Source of the DNA: Gemmatimonadota bacterium
Lineage (GTDB): Bacteria > Gemmatimonadota > Gemmatimonadetes > Gemmatimonadales > GWC2-71-9
Direction: 5' to 3'
Length of the DNA: 64,000 bases
Assembly: GCA_031367105.1 (NCBI GenBank)
Contig: JANLPG010000095.1
Span: forward strand, 27,142-91,141
Shown: positions 1-9,547 of the stretch, one piece after another
How positions within the stretch are numbered: the stretch's first letter is position 1
Layout: the number at the start of each line of letters is the position of its first letter
The notes under the pieces: generated by a model
What the model saw: the letters and a program-made list of their open reading frames with translations, nothing else
The model's database searches: none
What the model was told of the DNA's origin: nothing
Translations under genes and position numbers: made by a program

Positions 1-57
1 GCGGCCGCGGTGCTAACCCTGCAACAGCGCGAGCGCGCGCGCCTCGGCGTACAATGA
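1..57 (+). CDS. 3' end of an unidentified upstream CDS (partial)
   Basis: Frame 1 reads open from the window edge (AAAVLTLQQRERARLGVQ*). Its TGA at 55-57 forms an ATGA overlap with the next start. Too short to identify. Confidence 0.3.
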   Translation, partial: AAAVLTLQQRERARLGVQ

Positions 58-401
58 CCGATTGCATCTTCTGCAAGATTGCGACCGGCGATATTCCTGC
101 GGAGATCATTGCGCGCAACGAGCACGCCGTGGCCTTCCGTGACCTGAACCCACAGGCGCCGACGCACGTCCTCGTGATCCCGGTGGCGCACCTCAGCTCC
201 GCTGCCGACGCGACGGGTGCCGCAGGGCGCAGGATCCTCGGTGAGGTCACCGCGCTCGGCGTCGAAGTCGCCGCCACCCTCGGGCTGGTCGCCAGCGGCT
301 ACCGACTGGTGATCAACACGGGGAGTGATGGCGGCCAGAGCGTAGGGCACCTCCACCTTCACTTGCTCGGCGGGCGGCAGCTGCACTGGCCGCCAGGATG
401 A
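54..401 (+). CDS. HIT (histidine triad) family nucleotide hydrolase
   Basis: 115-aa ORF with the C-terminal histidine-triad motif HLHLHLLGG and N-terminal CIFCKI, typical of HinT-like proteins. Confidence 0.9.
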   Translation: MTDCIFCKIATGDIPAEIIARNEHAVAFRDLNPQAPTHVLVIPVAHLSSAADATGAAGRRILGEVTALGVEVAATLGLVASGYRLVINTGSDGGQSVGHLHLHLLGGRQLHWPPG

Positions 402-406
402 CCGCC

Positions 407-434
407 GGGGTGTGCCTCGACGTGCGCACGCCCC
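407..434. terminator. GC-rich hairpin between convergent genes (possible bidirectional terminator)
   Basis: ggggtgtgc (407-415) pairs with gcacgcccc (426-434), with one G-U pair. It lies between the HIT stop (401) and the minus-strand gene stop (438). No clear U-tract. Confidence 0.3.
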
Positions 435-437
435 TGC

Positions 438-764
438 TCAAGGGGTTCGTCGCATTCCCAAGGCGCGAAAGGTCAGCAAGTGCCCCAGCAGTGCCGACAT
501 CACCATCACCGTTGGCAACCAGACCCAGGGCGCGACGATCACCCAGACGTTGGCCGGCGAGTTCATGAAGAGCCGGAACGGTGTTGGGGCTGACAGCATC
601 GCGACCGCCATGATGTTTACCAGCAGTGCTAATCCCATCACATTCCAGAGGAACACCAACCGGACCGGGCGTTCGTCGCGCACCAGCCAGATGGCGAGCG
701 GGATCGCCGTGATGCCGGTCACGATATCAAGATTCCTGGCACTGTAACTCATCTGGATCGGCAT
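438..764 (-). CDS. hypothetical integral membrane protein (108 aa)
   Basis: Internal ATG (762-764) of the 438..1214 ORF. The product MPIQMSYSARNLDIVTGITAIPLAIWLV... is strongly hydrophobic with about 3 TM segments. The upstream part of the long ORF is Arg/Pro/Gly-rich and looks non-coding. Confidence 0.55.
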   Translation of the reverse strand: MPIQMSYSARNLDIVTGITAIPLAIWLVRDERPVRLVFLWNVMGLALLVNIMAVAMLSAPTPFRLFMNSPANVWVIVAPWVWLPTVMVMSALLGHLLTFRALGMRRTP

Positions 765-964
765 CAGTCCACGGCGGTGAGGGCCAGCCATCCGAACGCA
801 GCCGCCGCCGCCAAGGTGGTGCTCCGCGTCACCACGTCGGGAGGGGCCCCGTCGCGTGTCCACGCGCGATTCACCGCGAAGGCGAAGAGGGCGGCCAGGA
901 AGAGCGCCAGTCCGACGAACCCGACGCGGAGCAGGGGTGAACCAGCGGGGAGGAGCGCTGACAT
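764..964 (-). CDS. hypothetical small membrane protein (66 aa)
   Basis: Hydrophobic ORF (VGFVGLALFLAALFAFAV..., AAAAFGWLALTAV). Its TGA overlaps the downstream ATG by 1 nt (TGATG), suggesting translational coupling. Confidence 0.45.
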   Translation of the reverse strand: MSALLPAGSPLLRVGFVGLALFLAALFAFAVNRAWTRDGAPPDVVTRSTTLAAAAAFGWLALTAVD

Positions 965-1146
965 CGGAGGGGTCCAGTTCGGGTGGGCCGGCGGGCAGCG
1001 GTCGGGGTCGGCTCGGGATCAGGGGCAATCTGCCCCGCGAAACGGCTCCCGGTAATGTCCAGCGGAGGGATTCCGATCGGCGGTACGCGGCCCTGACCCA
1101 CTCGGGGCCGGTACCGCCACGGGTTGCCCCCACCCCGACCGACCGG

Positions 1147-1175
1147 TTGCCTCGACCGCTCTCGCCCGTTAAGCT
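1147..1175 (+). promoter_or_regulatory. candidate sigma70-type promoter for rpsU operon
   Basis: TTGCCT (1147-1152), 17-nt spacer, TAAGCT (1170-1175), about 58 nt upstream of the rpsU ATG. A purine-rich SD-like gagagggg precedes the ATG. Confidence 0.35.
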
Positions 1176-1232
1176 TTCCTGAGCTATGCACCAACCGCTC
1201 CCTGACCGGAGCATGAGAGGGGTGATTTTTTA

Positions 1233-1424
1233 ATGTCGGAAGTCGTCATCCACGAGGATGAAAGCTTCGAGCGCGCACTGAAGCGCTTCAAGAAGAAGTG
1301 CGAGAAGGCCGGGATCCTGTCGGATCTTCGCAAGCATCGCCACTACGAGAAGCCGAGCGAGAAGCGGAAGCGCAAGATGAACGCCGCACAGCGCAAGACG
1401 CGTCGTCGCCCGTCCCATGCCTGA
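1233..1424 (+). CDS. rpsU: 30S ribosomal protein S21
   Basis: 63-aa basic protein with ...[38 protein letters not shown]..., the characteristic S21 sequence. Confidence 0.95.
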   Translation: MSEVVIHEDESFERALKRFKKKCEKAGILSDLRKHRHYEKPSEKRKRKMNAAQRKTRRRPSHA

Positions 1425-1857
1425 GATTGCCGCCCGTCTGCGCGCCGACCAGGTTGTCGCGCGGAAGGCGTCAGACAAGGACCGAACCCTGGTACTGGGA
1501 ACGGTCCTTTCGTCGTTCAAGAATCGCGAGATCGAACTCGGCCGAGAGCCCACCGACGACGAAATCGCCGATATCCTCCGGAAACAGATCAAGCAGCGCT
1601 TCGACTCGGTGGAACAATTCACCAAGGCGGCGCGGTTGGATCTGGTCGCCAAGGAGGAGTATGAGATCGGCATATTGCGCGGGTACCTCCCCCCGGAAGC
1701 CGATCCGGAGGCGATCCGTGCCGCCGCGCGTGATGCGATCGCCGCCGGTGCGAACGATATCGGCCAGGTGATGGCAGCATTGATGGGACGCTTCAAGGGG
1801 AAGGCTGACGGCAAAGTGATCAACCAGATTGCCCGAGAGGCACTGCAGCAGGGATGA
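1417..1857 (+). CDS. yqeY: GatB/YqeY domain-containing protein
   Basis: 146 aa with YqeY-like N- and C-terminal halves (...[16 protein letters not shown]..., ...[26 protein letters not shown]...). 8-nt overlap with rpsU. Confidence 0.85.
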   Translation: MPEIAARLRADQVVARKASDKDRTLVLGTVLSSFKNREIELGREPTDDEIADILRKQIKQRFDSVEQFTKAARLDLVAKEEYEIGILRGYLPPEADPEAIRAAARDAIAAGANDIGQVMAALMGRFKGKADGKVINQIAREALQQG

Positions 1858-4298
1858 CCGTCTCAGCGATAGTCCCGCACGGGGTGCGGTCCTTCACGGA
1901 GGACGGCACCCCGTCGCCATTGGACCCCGCGCACTCTGCGGATGCACTCGACGCCCTCGAATTCGAGGTCGCGCTCGAGGTTGTGGCCGAGTATGCCGTG
2001 GGGCCGCTCGGCGCGGAAGCGCTGCGGGCACGGCGCCCCAGCGCGAACGCGGACTGGATCCGGTTCGAGCTGGCGTACGTCGGTGAAATCGTGGCACTAT
2101 TGCGCCGGGGCGAATCGGTTTCGATCGCGCCGGTGCCCGAGTTGCGGGGCGCCCTGGGCCGCCTGCGGGTCGAAGGGAGTGTGTTGGAGCTGGGGGAACT
2201 CGTCGATATCAAGTCCACGCTGGCGGCCGGTCGCGCGGTGGCAGCGGAGCTGGAGCGCGTCGCCGAGTCGTGCCCGAGAGTTGCAGCACTTCGTGTTCCG
2301 CCCGCCGACCGGGCCATCGAGCGCCTGCTCGAACGCTCGATCGGCGATGATGGCGAGCTGCTCGACACTGCCTCGCCCGCACTCGCCGCGGCTCGCCGCG
2401 AAGTGCATACGGCGCGGGAGCGGCTGGTGCGGCGACTCGAATCGCTCCTCCGAGATCTGGACAGTTCCGCCGTCGCCGGCGGGGCGAGTGTGACGATGCG
2501 CGGGGGGCGCTACGTGATTCCGGTGCGGCGCGACGCCCGCTCCCGTCCCGATGGCATCATCCACGACGAATCAGGAAGTGCGGGGACGCTCTTCATCGAA
2601 CCGACCGCTGCCATCGAACTGGGCAACGCGGTGCGCGCGTCGGTGCTCGCCGAGGAGCGCGAAGTGCTCAAGGTGCTGCGCGAGCTGACCGAAGCGTTGC
2701 GGCCAGCACGGGAGTTCATCCGCGCGCTGCACGTCGTCGCGGTGGAAATCGACACGATCGTCGCCCGGGCACGCTGGGCACTGGCGACCCACGGTGAGGT
2801 CCCCGAAATCGTGGGGGCAGGCGGGGCGCTGGTGTTGCGCGACGCCCGCCATCCGCTCCTGCTGGCACGGGGGCTAACCGTGGTCCCGTTCGACCTCGTG
2901 CTGGATCCCGGGGAGCGGACGCTGCTGATTTCAGGACCCAACACGGGCGGCAAGACCGTCCTGCTCAAGGCGACCGGGTTGATGCTCGCCCTGGCGCAGA
3001 GCGGCATTGTGCCTCCCGTCGGCTCGAGGAGCGTGCTCCCGATCGTGCAGCGATTCTTTGCAGACATCGGCGATCATCAGTCACTCGCGGCCGACCTCTC
3101 CACCTTCTCGGCACACGTGGCCGAGTTGCGTCGGATTCTTGACGCCGCGGACTCCTCCACGCTGGTCATACTGGACGAAGTCGGCTCCGGCACCGATCCG
3201 GCCGAAGGCGGCGCGCTCGCGATGGCGGTGCTCGAGACGTTGACCCTGCGGGGCACCCTGACGCTGGCCACCACACACCTGGGTACCCTCAAGACCCTCG
3301 CGACGCGCGTGCCCGGGGTCGTGAATGGGTCGCTGCATTTTGACGCGGCGACGCTCTCACCTAGCTACCGCTTCACCAAGGGAATCCCCGGCCGTTCCTA
3401 CGGGCTCGCGATCGCACGGCGCCTCGGCGTGGATGCCACCGTCCTCGCCAAAGCGGAGACGCTGGTGCCGGAAGCGGAGCGGGAGCTCGACCGACTGCTC
3501 GCCGCAGTCGAGGCGCGGGAGCAATCGCTGACGCGCGAGGAGCGGGATGTTGCCGAGCGATTGGGTGAAGTGGAGCGTCGGGAGGCTGTGGCGGGAGTGA
3601 CCGAGTCGGCCCTGCTGGCGCGTGAGTCGGCACTGAAGCGACAGGAGAAGGACGCCGAGCGCGACCGCGCCCGGCTGGCCAAAGCGTATCTGCTCGAGGC
3701 TCGGAAGCGGGTAGAGGAGGCGTTGACGCTGGCCAAAGGTGCCGTGGAGGAGGCAGGCGCCCGCGAGGCACGCCGCATCCTGGAGGATGGCGTCCGCGAA
3801 GAGAGCCGCCGACTCGACGAACCCGACCCACTTCCGGTAGGTGCCGGGGAGCGCCTCGCGGTGGGGGCGCGGGTGCGGCTGACGACTGGTTCGACCGGCG
3901 ATGTGGTCGAGTTGCGCAGCGACGGCAAAGCCGTCGTCGTGGTCGGCACAATGCGTCTGATCGTGACGGCGAAGTCGCTGGTCCTGCTTGGCCGGGATGC
4001 CCGTCACAACACGCCGAAGCCGGAGCGCACGGCGGTCGATGCACCAACACTCGAGGCCGCCTACGAGATAGACTTGCGCGGGATGCGGGCCGATGAGGCG
4101 GAGTCGGTGGTGTATTCGGCAATTGACGGCGCCACCCTCGCCGAGCAGCCGCAGCTTCGTATCATTCACGGAATGGGCACTGGAGTCTTGCGCGATGTCG
4201 TGCACCACCTGCTGAAAAGCGATCGGCGGGTTGCTTCATTCGATTTCGCACCGCGGCAGCAAGGTGGCGTCGGCGTGACTATCGCGGTCTTCCGCTAG
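1854..4298 (+). CDS. mutS2: endonuclease MutS2 (MutS domain V ATPase plus C-terminal Smr domain)
   Basis: 814 aa with Walker A GPNTGGKTVLLK, a DE motif in LVILDEVGSGTDP, a long coiled-coil middle region and a C-terminal Smr-like IDLRGMRADEAE...IIHGMGTGVLR. Confidence 0.92.
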   Translation: MTVSAIVPHGVRSFTEDGTPSPLDPAHSADALDALEFEVALEVVAEYAVGPLGAEALRARRPSANADWIRFELAYVGEIVALLRRGESVSIAPVPELRGALGRLRVEGSVLELGELVDIKSTLAAGRAVAAELERVAESCPRVAALRVPPADRAIERLLERSIGDDGELLDTASPALAAARREVHTARERLVRRLESLLRDLDSSAVAGGASVTMRGGRYVIPVRRDARSRPDGIIHDESGSAGTLFIEPTAAIELGNAVRASVLAEEREVLKVLRELTEALRPAREFIRALHVVAVEIDTIVARARWALATHGEVPEIVGAGGALVLRDARHPLLLARGLTVVPFDLVLDPGERTLLISGPNTGGKTVLLKATGLMLALAQSGIVPPVGSRSVLPIVQRFFADIGDHQSLAADLSTFSAHVAELRRILDAADSSTLVILDEVGSGTDPAEGGALAMAVLETLTLRGTLTLATTHLGTLKTLATRVPGVVNGSLHFDAATLSPSYRFTKGIPGRSYGLAIARRLGVDATVLAKAETLVPEAERELDRLLAAVEAREQSLTREERDVAERLGEVERREAVAGVTESALLARESALKRQEKDAERDRARLAKAYLLEARKRVEEALTLAKGAVEEAGAREARRILEDGVREESRRLDEPDPLPVGAGERLAVGARVRLTTGSTGDVVELRSDGKAVVVVGTMRLIVTAKSLVLLGRDARHNTPKPERTAVDAPTLEAAYEIDLRGMRADEAESVVYSAIDGATLAEQPQLRIIHGMGTGVLRDVVHHLLKSDRRVASFDFAPRQQGGVGVTIAVFR

Positions 4299-6110
4299 AT
4301 GGCCCGCATTCCCGACGAACTCATCGAGCGGGTGCGCGACACTGCCGACCTGCTTGAGATCGTTCAGGAGGCGGTCCAGTTGAAGCGGCAGGGGAGCGAC
4401 TATCGTGGACCCTGCCCGTTTCACAACGGTACCGGACGCAACTTTGCAGTGATCCCGAAGAAGAACCTCTATTACTGCTTCGTCTGCCACGCTTCCGGTG
4501 ACGTCTTCACCTGGTATCGCGAGCGGTTCGGGATGGATTATCCCACCGCAGTGCGAGAGGTAGCGCGCCGCTACAACATCGTGATCCCGGATGCGATCGA
4601 GCGTGCCGGTCCCGACCCGCGCGAGCCGCTCTATCAGGCGGCGGACGCGGCGCAGGGATGGTTCGCGGCGCAACTGCGCGACAATCCCGAGGCGGAGACC
4701 GCGCGGCGGTACCTGCTGGAGCGCCAGTTCTCGCTCGATGCCGCAGCCGAGCTCGGCCTCGGCTATGCGCCGCGCGGCAACGAACTCATCGCGGCGATGA
4801 AGCAGCTGGGCATTCCTGATGAAGCGTTGCTCGAGGCGGCGCTGGTGATGCGGCGCGAGGATGGCACCTTCTACTCCCGGTTTCGGGGGCGACTGATATT
4901 CCCCATCCACGACCTGCGCGGCCGGACGGTGGCATTCGGTGGCCGGATCCTGGGAGCGGGTGAGCCGAAGTATCTCAACTCGCCGGAAACGCCAGTATTT
5001 CACAAGGGCGAGCAGCTCTACCACATCCATCTCGCCAAGCACGCGATCAGGAAGGCCGGTTTCGCCATCGTTGTCGAGGGATACTTCGATGTGCTTCGTC
5101 TGGCGCTTGCCGGCCTCGACCACGTCGTGGCACCACTTGGTACGGCGCTCACCGAGGCGCAGGCCACGCTCCTCAAGCGATACAGCGACGAAGTCATCCT
5201 CCTCTATGACAGCGATGGGCCGGGTCTGAAGGCGACCTTCCGGGCTGGGGATGTGCTCATCGCCCACGGGGTCCGGGTCCGGGTCGCGACGATGCCGCCA
5301 GGCGAAGACCCCGATACCGTCGTGCAGCGGGGCGGGGTGGCGGCCCTCGATCCGATCCTGCGCGATGCGGTCGACCTGCTGGAGCGGAAGCTCCAGCTGC
5401 TCGAGGTGAAGGGGTGGTTCGGAGACGTCCGGCGGTCGCGAGAGGCACTTGACCGCCTGTTGTCGACGCTGCGGGCGGCGGCCGACCCGGTCACGCGGGA
5501 ACTCTACATTTCACGCGTCGCCGAGCGGCTGGGGATCCCGCGCGAGGTGGTCGCCACGGAGGCCGCCGCCCGGCCGAGCTACGAGGGACCACGGCTCGCC
5601 GCGGTACCGGAGGCGCCGTCGCGTCGGACAGCGTCGCCGCTGGTCGACCGGGGTCCGCGACCCCCGGGGGCGGAAATCGAGCGGAAGCTGCTTCGGCTGC
5701 TGCTGCATCGGCCGGACTGGCTGGCGCGCGCGCGCGAAGAAATCCCGACGGACCGCTTCACCGTTGCAGCGTTTCGGCGGATCTACGGCGTGCTCGCGGC
5801 ACTCCCCTCCGACGCACCGATCGGTGACGCACTGCCTGGGCTCGATGAACGGGCCCGGGACGCCTGGGATCGCCTCACCGAGGCGGGCGGGGCTCCCGAG
5901 GGTTACGATGTCGATCGGGAATACGTCGGCGCGCTCGAGGCACTGGAGGAGATCCACAATTTTCCCGACATCGCCTCCGAGATCGATCCGATGGAGCGGC
6001 GGCGTCGCTGGCAGGCGCTCAGCAAGGAAGGACAGGCGCGGTTTAGGTTGTATCTTGCCACTACCCCGAGGCCGCACGGCGGCCCCGGCGCTATGTCACC
6101 TGAGGAGTAA
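4299..6110 (+). CDS. dnaG: DNA primase
   Basis: 603 aa with an N-terminal zinc ribbon CPFHNGTGRNFAV...YYCFVCHASGDVFTW and a Toprim region (VVEGYFDV, LLYDSDGPG). Confidence 0.95.
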   Translation: MARIPDELIERVRDTADLLEIVQEAVQLKRQGSDYRGPCPFHNGTGRNFAVIPKKNLYYCFVCHASGDVFTWYRERFGMDYPTAVREVARRYNIVIPDAIERAGPDPREPLYQAADAAQGWFAAQLRDNPEAETARRYLLERQFSLDAAAELGLGYAPRGNELIAAMKQLGIPDEALLEAALVMRREDGTFYSRFRGRLIFPIHDLRGRTVAFGGRILGAGEPKYLNSPETPVFHKGEQLYHIHLAKHAIRKAGFAIVVEGYFDVLRLALAGLDHVVAPLGTALTEAQATLLKRYSDEVILLYDSDGPGLKATFRAGDVLIAHGVRVRVATMPPGEDPDTVVQRGGVAALDPILRDAVDLLERKLQLLEVKGWFGDVRRSREALDRLLSTLRAAADPVTRELYISRVAERLGIPREVVATEAAARPSYEGPRLAAVPEAPSRRTASPLVDRGPRPPGAEIERKLLRLLLHRPDWLARAREEIPTDRFTVAAFRRIYGVLAALPSDAPIGDALPGLDERARDAWDRLTEAGGAPEGYDVDREYVGALEALEEIHNFPDIASEIDPMERRRRWQALSKEGQARFRLYLATTPRPHGGPGAMSPEE

Positions 6111-6115
6111 CAGCG

Positions 6116-6844
6116 ATGCATCCTGACCTTCCCAAGTTGCTGGACGTGCAGACCAAGGATCGCCGACTCGCCGAAATGACCGCGCGAGTCCAGGAGATCG
6201 AGGTCGAGCGGGCTGCGCTCGACGTCGTGCTCGATCGGGTGCGCTCCGAGATCGCGTCCGCCACTAGGACGGCAGATGATATGGCCCGCCGCCGCGACGA
6301 GTTGGCCACGAAGCTCGACGGCCAGCGCACGAAACACGAAGCGCGACGCCAGCGACTGGAGCAGGAACGCAATCCTCGGGTGGCTGCGCAGCTGATGGCC
6401 GACGTCGAACTCGGGCGCTCGATCCTGACTCAGGAGGAGGGAGAGTGGCTGCGCCTCTCTGAAGACGTGTCGACGCGTACTGCAGCGGTGAAGGGGGCGC
6501 ACGAGCGCCTGACGACTCTCGAGGCAGAGCAGGAGACGACGCGCGCGCTCCTCGACGGGCGGATGGCGGCGCTGGAGCTGGAACTTCTCACGGCGCGGAG
6601 CGATCGGGAAGCTTCGGCAAGTCAGCTCGATCGTACCCTCCGGGTCCGCTATGATCGGCTGCGAGGGTCGCGCACCAGCGAGATTCTGGTGCCAGCCGGC
6701 AACCCTCAGGGTCACGCCACCTGCACCGCCTGTTTCACCGCGATCCCTCGCTCGCGGATCGGGCGGTTGCAGGCTGAGGGCCTGCTCCTCGATGGCTGCG
6801 AGATGTGCGGCGCGATCGTGTACCTCGCCGAGGTCACAGTCTGA
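6116..6844 (+). CDS. coiled-coil protein with C-terminal C4 zinc ribbon (COG1579-like)
   Basis: 242 aa with a long heptad-like coiled coil followed by CTACFTAIP...CEMCGAIVY (CxxC...CxxC). Confidence 0.75.
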   Translation: MHPDLPKLLDVQTKDRRLAEMTARVQEIEVERAALDVVLDRVRSEIASATRTADDMARRRDELATKLDGQRTKHEARRQRLEQERNPRVAAQLMADVELGRSILTQEEGEWLRLSEDVSTRTAAVKGAHERLTTLEAEQETTRALLDGRMAALELELLTARSDREASASQLDRTLRVRYDRLRGSRTSEILVPAGNPQGHATCTACFTAIPRSRIGRLQAEGLLLDGCEMCGAIVYLAEVTV

Positions 6845-6846
6845 CG

Positions 6847-8553
6847 ATGGCGCCGCGCTGGCGCCTCGCGCCGGCTCCCGATGAGGAAGCCGCGAGGTCG
6901 CTGGCGGCGGCGCTCTCGCTTCCGATGCCGCTGGCGTCCTTGCTCGTCCAGCGAGGCCTGGGTGGTATCGACCTCGCTCGCGCCTTCCTCCGTCCTCCCC
7001 TCGATTCCCTTGCCGATCCGTTTCGCCTCGCCGGGATGCCATCCGCCGTCGAAATCATTGTGGCCGCCGTGCGCGCGGGGACAGCCATTCTGATTCACGG
7101 CGACTACGATGTCGATGGCCAGTGCGCTGCCGCCTTGCTGACCCGCGCCTTGCGAGCTGCTGGCGCCACTGTCCACGCCTTTGTCCCCGATCGGCTGAAT
7201 GATGGGTATGACTTCGGTGAGGCCGGCCTCCGCGAGGCGGCGCGGGTGGGTGCCGGCCTGATCGTGACCTGTGATTGTGGCATCACGGCGGTGGCGGCGG
7301 TGGCAGCCGCGAAAGCCGCAGGGATGCAGGTGGTCATCACCGACCACCACCTGCCCGGCGAGACGCTACCCGCCGCCGACGCAATCGTCGATCCCCAGCA
7401 GCCCGGCGACCGGTCGGGTCTCGAGATGATGTGCGGCACTGGCATCGCCTTCAAGCTCGTCCAGGCGCTGGTCGAACCGTTGGGGCTCCCGGCCACACTG
7501 CCGCTGCACCTGATCGACTACGTCGCCGTCGCGACCGTCGCTGACGTTGTCCCGCTCGCCGGCGAGAATCGTGTGCTGGTCAAGCACGGGTTGCGGCTGC
7601 TCGGCGACTCGCGCTGGGCGGGATGGCGCGCGCTGCTGACGACCACGAAGCTTGCGGGTCAGGAGTTACGCGCTGGGCAGGTCGGCTTCATTCTCGCCCC
7701 GCGGCTGAACGCGGTGGGGCGCATCGCCGATGCCAAGGACGGACTGCGCCTGCTCCTGACCGATGACCCGGCAGAAGCGGCGGCGCTCGCCGCCCGGCTC
7801 GAGGAACTGAACCGCGAACGCCAGGCGTTGGATCAGCGAATTCTTGACGAGGCGCTCACGCTGATCGACCGTGACTACGCCGACCCCGAAGAGCACACCG
7901 GCCTGGTGCTCGCGCAGCACGGCTGGCACGCCGGGGTGATCGGCATCGTCGCCTCGCGCGTGGTCGAGCGATTCGGCCGACCCACGATCCTCATCGGTCT
8001 CGATGGCGCGCTGGGAAAGGGGAGCGGGCGGAGCATCGATGCCTTCGACCTGCACGCGGCGCTCACCTCGTGTAGTGAGTTGCTCGAGCGCTTCGGCGGA
8101 CATCGGATGGCCGCAGGACTCACCATCCGGCACGATCGCGTCGCTGCCTTCCGGGCGCGTTTCAACGCGGTGGCGCGCGCCGCGCTTACCCTCGGCGACC
8201 TCGGGTCGAGCCAGCGAGTCGATCTCGAGCTCTCGCTCAGCGATGTGACCGATGAGCTCGAACGACTGGGCCGATACCTGGAGCCCTGCGGGATGGGGAA
8301 TCCATCGCCCGTCTACGGGGCACGGCAGGTGCGGCTCGAAGCGCCGCGCACCGTTGGTGGCCACCATCTCAAATGTGTGCTGCAAGGGGAAGGGCGCAGC
8401 CTCGACGCGATCGCCTTCGGCTGGGCCGATCGCGTGGCGTGGCTCGGTGACGGGATGGTGGATGTGGCCTTCAGGCTGGAGCGCAACCAGTATCAGGGGC
8501 GGTCCTCGCTGCAGGCGCGGGTCGTGGCGCTCACGCCGCCGGGGGCCGTGTGA
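6847..8553 (+). CDS. recJ: single-stranded-DNA-specific exonuclease RecJ
   Basis: DHH family motifs HGDYDVDGQCA, DCG and VITDHH, plus a DHHA1-like GGHRMAAG. The start is taken at ATG 6847, just after the upstream stop (6842-6844), rather than the overlapping 6805 start. Confidence 0.92.
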   Translation: MAPRWRLAPAPDEEAARSLAAALSLPMPLASLLVQRGLGGIDLARAFLRPPLDSLADPFRLAGMPSAVEIIVAAVRAGTAILIHGDYDVDGQCAAALLTRALRAAGATVHAFVPDRLNDGYDFGEAGLREAARVGAGLIVTCDCGITAVAAVAAAKAAGMQVVITDHHLPGETLPAADAIVDPQQPGDRSGLEMMCGTGIAFKLVQALVEPLGLPATLPLHLIDYVAVATVADVVPLAGENRVLVKHGLRLLGDSRWAGWRALLTTTKLAGQELRAGQVGFILAPRLNAVGRIADAKDGLRLLLTDDPAEAAALAARLEELNRERQALDQRILDEALTLIDRDYADPEEHTGLVLAQHGWHAGVIGIVASRVVERFGRPTILIGLDGALGKGSGRSIDAFDLHAALTSCSELLERFGGHRMAAGLTIRHDRVAAFRARFNAVARAALTLGDLGSSQRVDLELSLSDVTDELERLGRYLEPCGMGNPSPVYGARQVRLEAPRTVGGHHLKCVLQGEGRSLDAIAFGWADRVAWLGDGMVDVAFRLERNQYQGRSSLQARVVALTPPGAV

Positions 8554-9068
8554 CCCGGATCGTGAGCGGGGCCTGGGGTGGCCGACGCCTCGCGACGCCG
8601 CGCGATCCGCGGGTTCGCCCCACGGCGGAGCGAGTGCGCGAGGCGTGGCTGAACATCCTCGGCGCCGAGTTGCACGGGGCGCGAGTGGTCGACCTCTTCG
8701 CGGGCAGCGGCGCGCTCGGACTGGAAGCGCTTTCCCGCGGCGCGGAGCACGCGACCTTCATTGAGCTCAACACGCCATCGCTCACTGCCCTGAAGGAGAA
8801 CGTCGCCTCGCTCAACGCCGAGGCACAATGCACCGTGCAACGGTACGATGCCCTGCGATTTGTCGCAGCGCTGGAGCCGGACGCTTTCGATGTTGCCCTC
8901 GCCGATCCACCCTTCGCGGGGGACTTCGCGGAACGTCTGGTGGCGAGCTGGCAGGCGGTGCCGTTCGCGCCGGTGCTCGCGGTGGAACACTCTTCCAAGG
9001 TGACCATTCCTGGCGGCGAGACGCGCCGCTGGGGCGATGTCGCCGTCACTTTCTTCCGGGCCCTATGA
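8550..9068 (+). CDS. rsmD: 16S rRNA (guanine966-N2)-methyltransferase RsmD
   Basis: 172 aa with RPTAERVREAWLNIL, SAM motif DLFAGSGALGLEALSRGA and catalytic DPPF. GTGA-type overlap with recJ. Confidence 0.88.
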   Translation: MTRIVSGAWGGRRLATPRDPRVRPTAERVREAWLNILGAELHGARVVDLFAGSGALGLEALSRGAEHATFIELNTPSLTALKENVASLNAEAQCTVQRYDALRFVAALEPDAFDVALADPPFAGDFAERLVASWQAVPFAPVLAVEHSSKVTIPGGETRRWGDVAVTFFRAL

Positions 9069-9547
9069 CTCGAATCGCGATCTATCCCGGTTCGTTCGAC
9101 CCTCCGACACGGGGGCACGAGGACCTCATTCGGCGTGCCGTGGGGCTCGCCGATCGGCTCATCGTGGCGGTGGCGATCAATCCGAGCAAGGAGCCCCTCT
9201 TTCCGGTTGAGGAGCGCCTCCGGCTGCTGCAGTGCTCCGTGGGGGACGAATCGCGTGTGGAGCTGGCGTCGTTCTCGGGGCTGCTGGCGGATTTCGCCCG
9301 GGATCGCGGTGCGACCATGGCTGTGCGCGGCCTCCGGGCCGTCAGTGACTTCGAGTACGAGTTTCAGATGGCGTTGATGAACCGCCGGTTGAATCCGGAA
9401 CTGGAGACGGTCTTCCTCGTCCCGGCGGTGGACCTCACCTATCTCTCTTCCTCACTGGTGCGCGAGGCCGCCCGGTTCGGCGGTAACCTCGACGGCCTGG
9501 TACATCCCGCCGTGGCGGAAGCGCTGAAGCTGCGATTCGGCCGGTGA
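9065..9547 (+). CDS. coaD: phosphopantetheine adenylyltransferase
   Basis: MTRIAIYPGSFDPPTRGHEDLIRRA... (T/HxGH nucleotidyltransferase motif), about 160 aa. ATGA overlap with the rsmD stop. The upstream part of the 8828 ORF overlaps rsmD and is not used. Confidence 0.93.
   Translation: MTRIAIYPGSFDPPTRGHEDLIRRAVGLADRLIVAVAINPSKEPLFPVEERLRLLQCSVGDESRVELASFSGLLADFARDRGATMAVRGLRAVSDFEYEFQMALMNRRLNPELETVFLVPAVDLTYLSSSLVREAARFGGNLDGLVHPAVAEALKLRFGR

Noticed and set aside
412-747. 111-aa + strand ORF downstream of the HIT gene
   Set aside because: It is antisense to the strongly hydrophobic minus-strand membrane ORF, which has the more protein-like sequence. It would also start inside the HIT-downstream hairpin.
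5903-7042. 379-aa minus-strand ORF spanning the dnaG/Zn-ribbon/recJ junctions
   Set aside because: It crosses three well-supported + strand genes. It has no motifs and a biased Arg/Gly/Pro composition.
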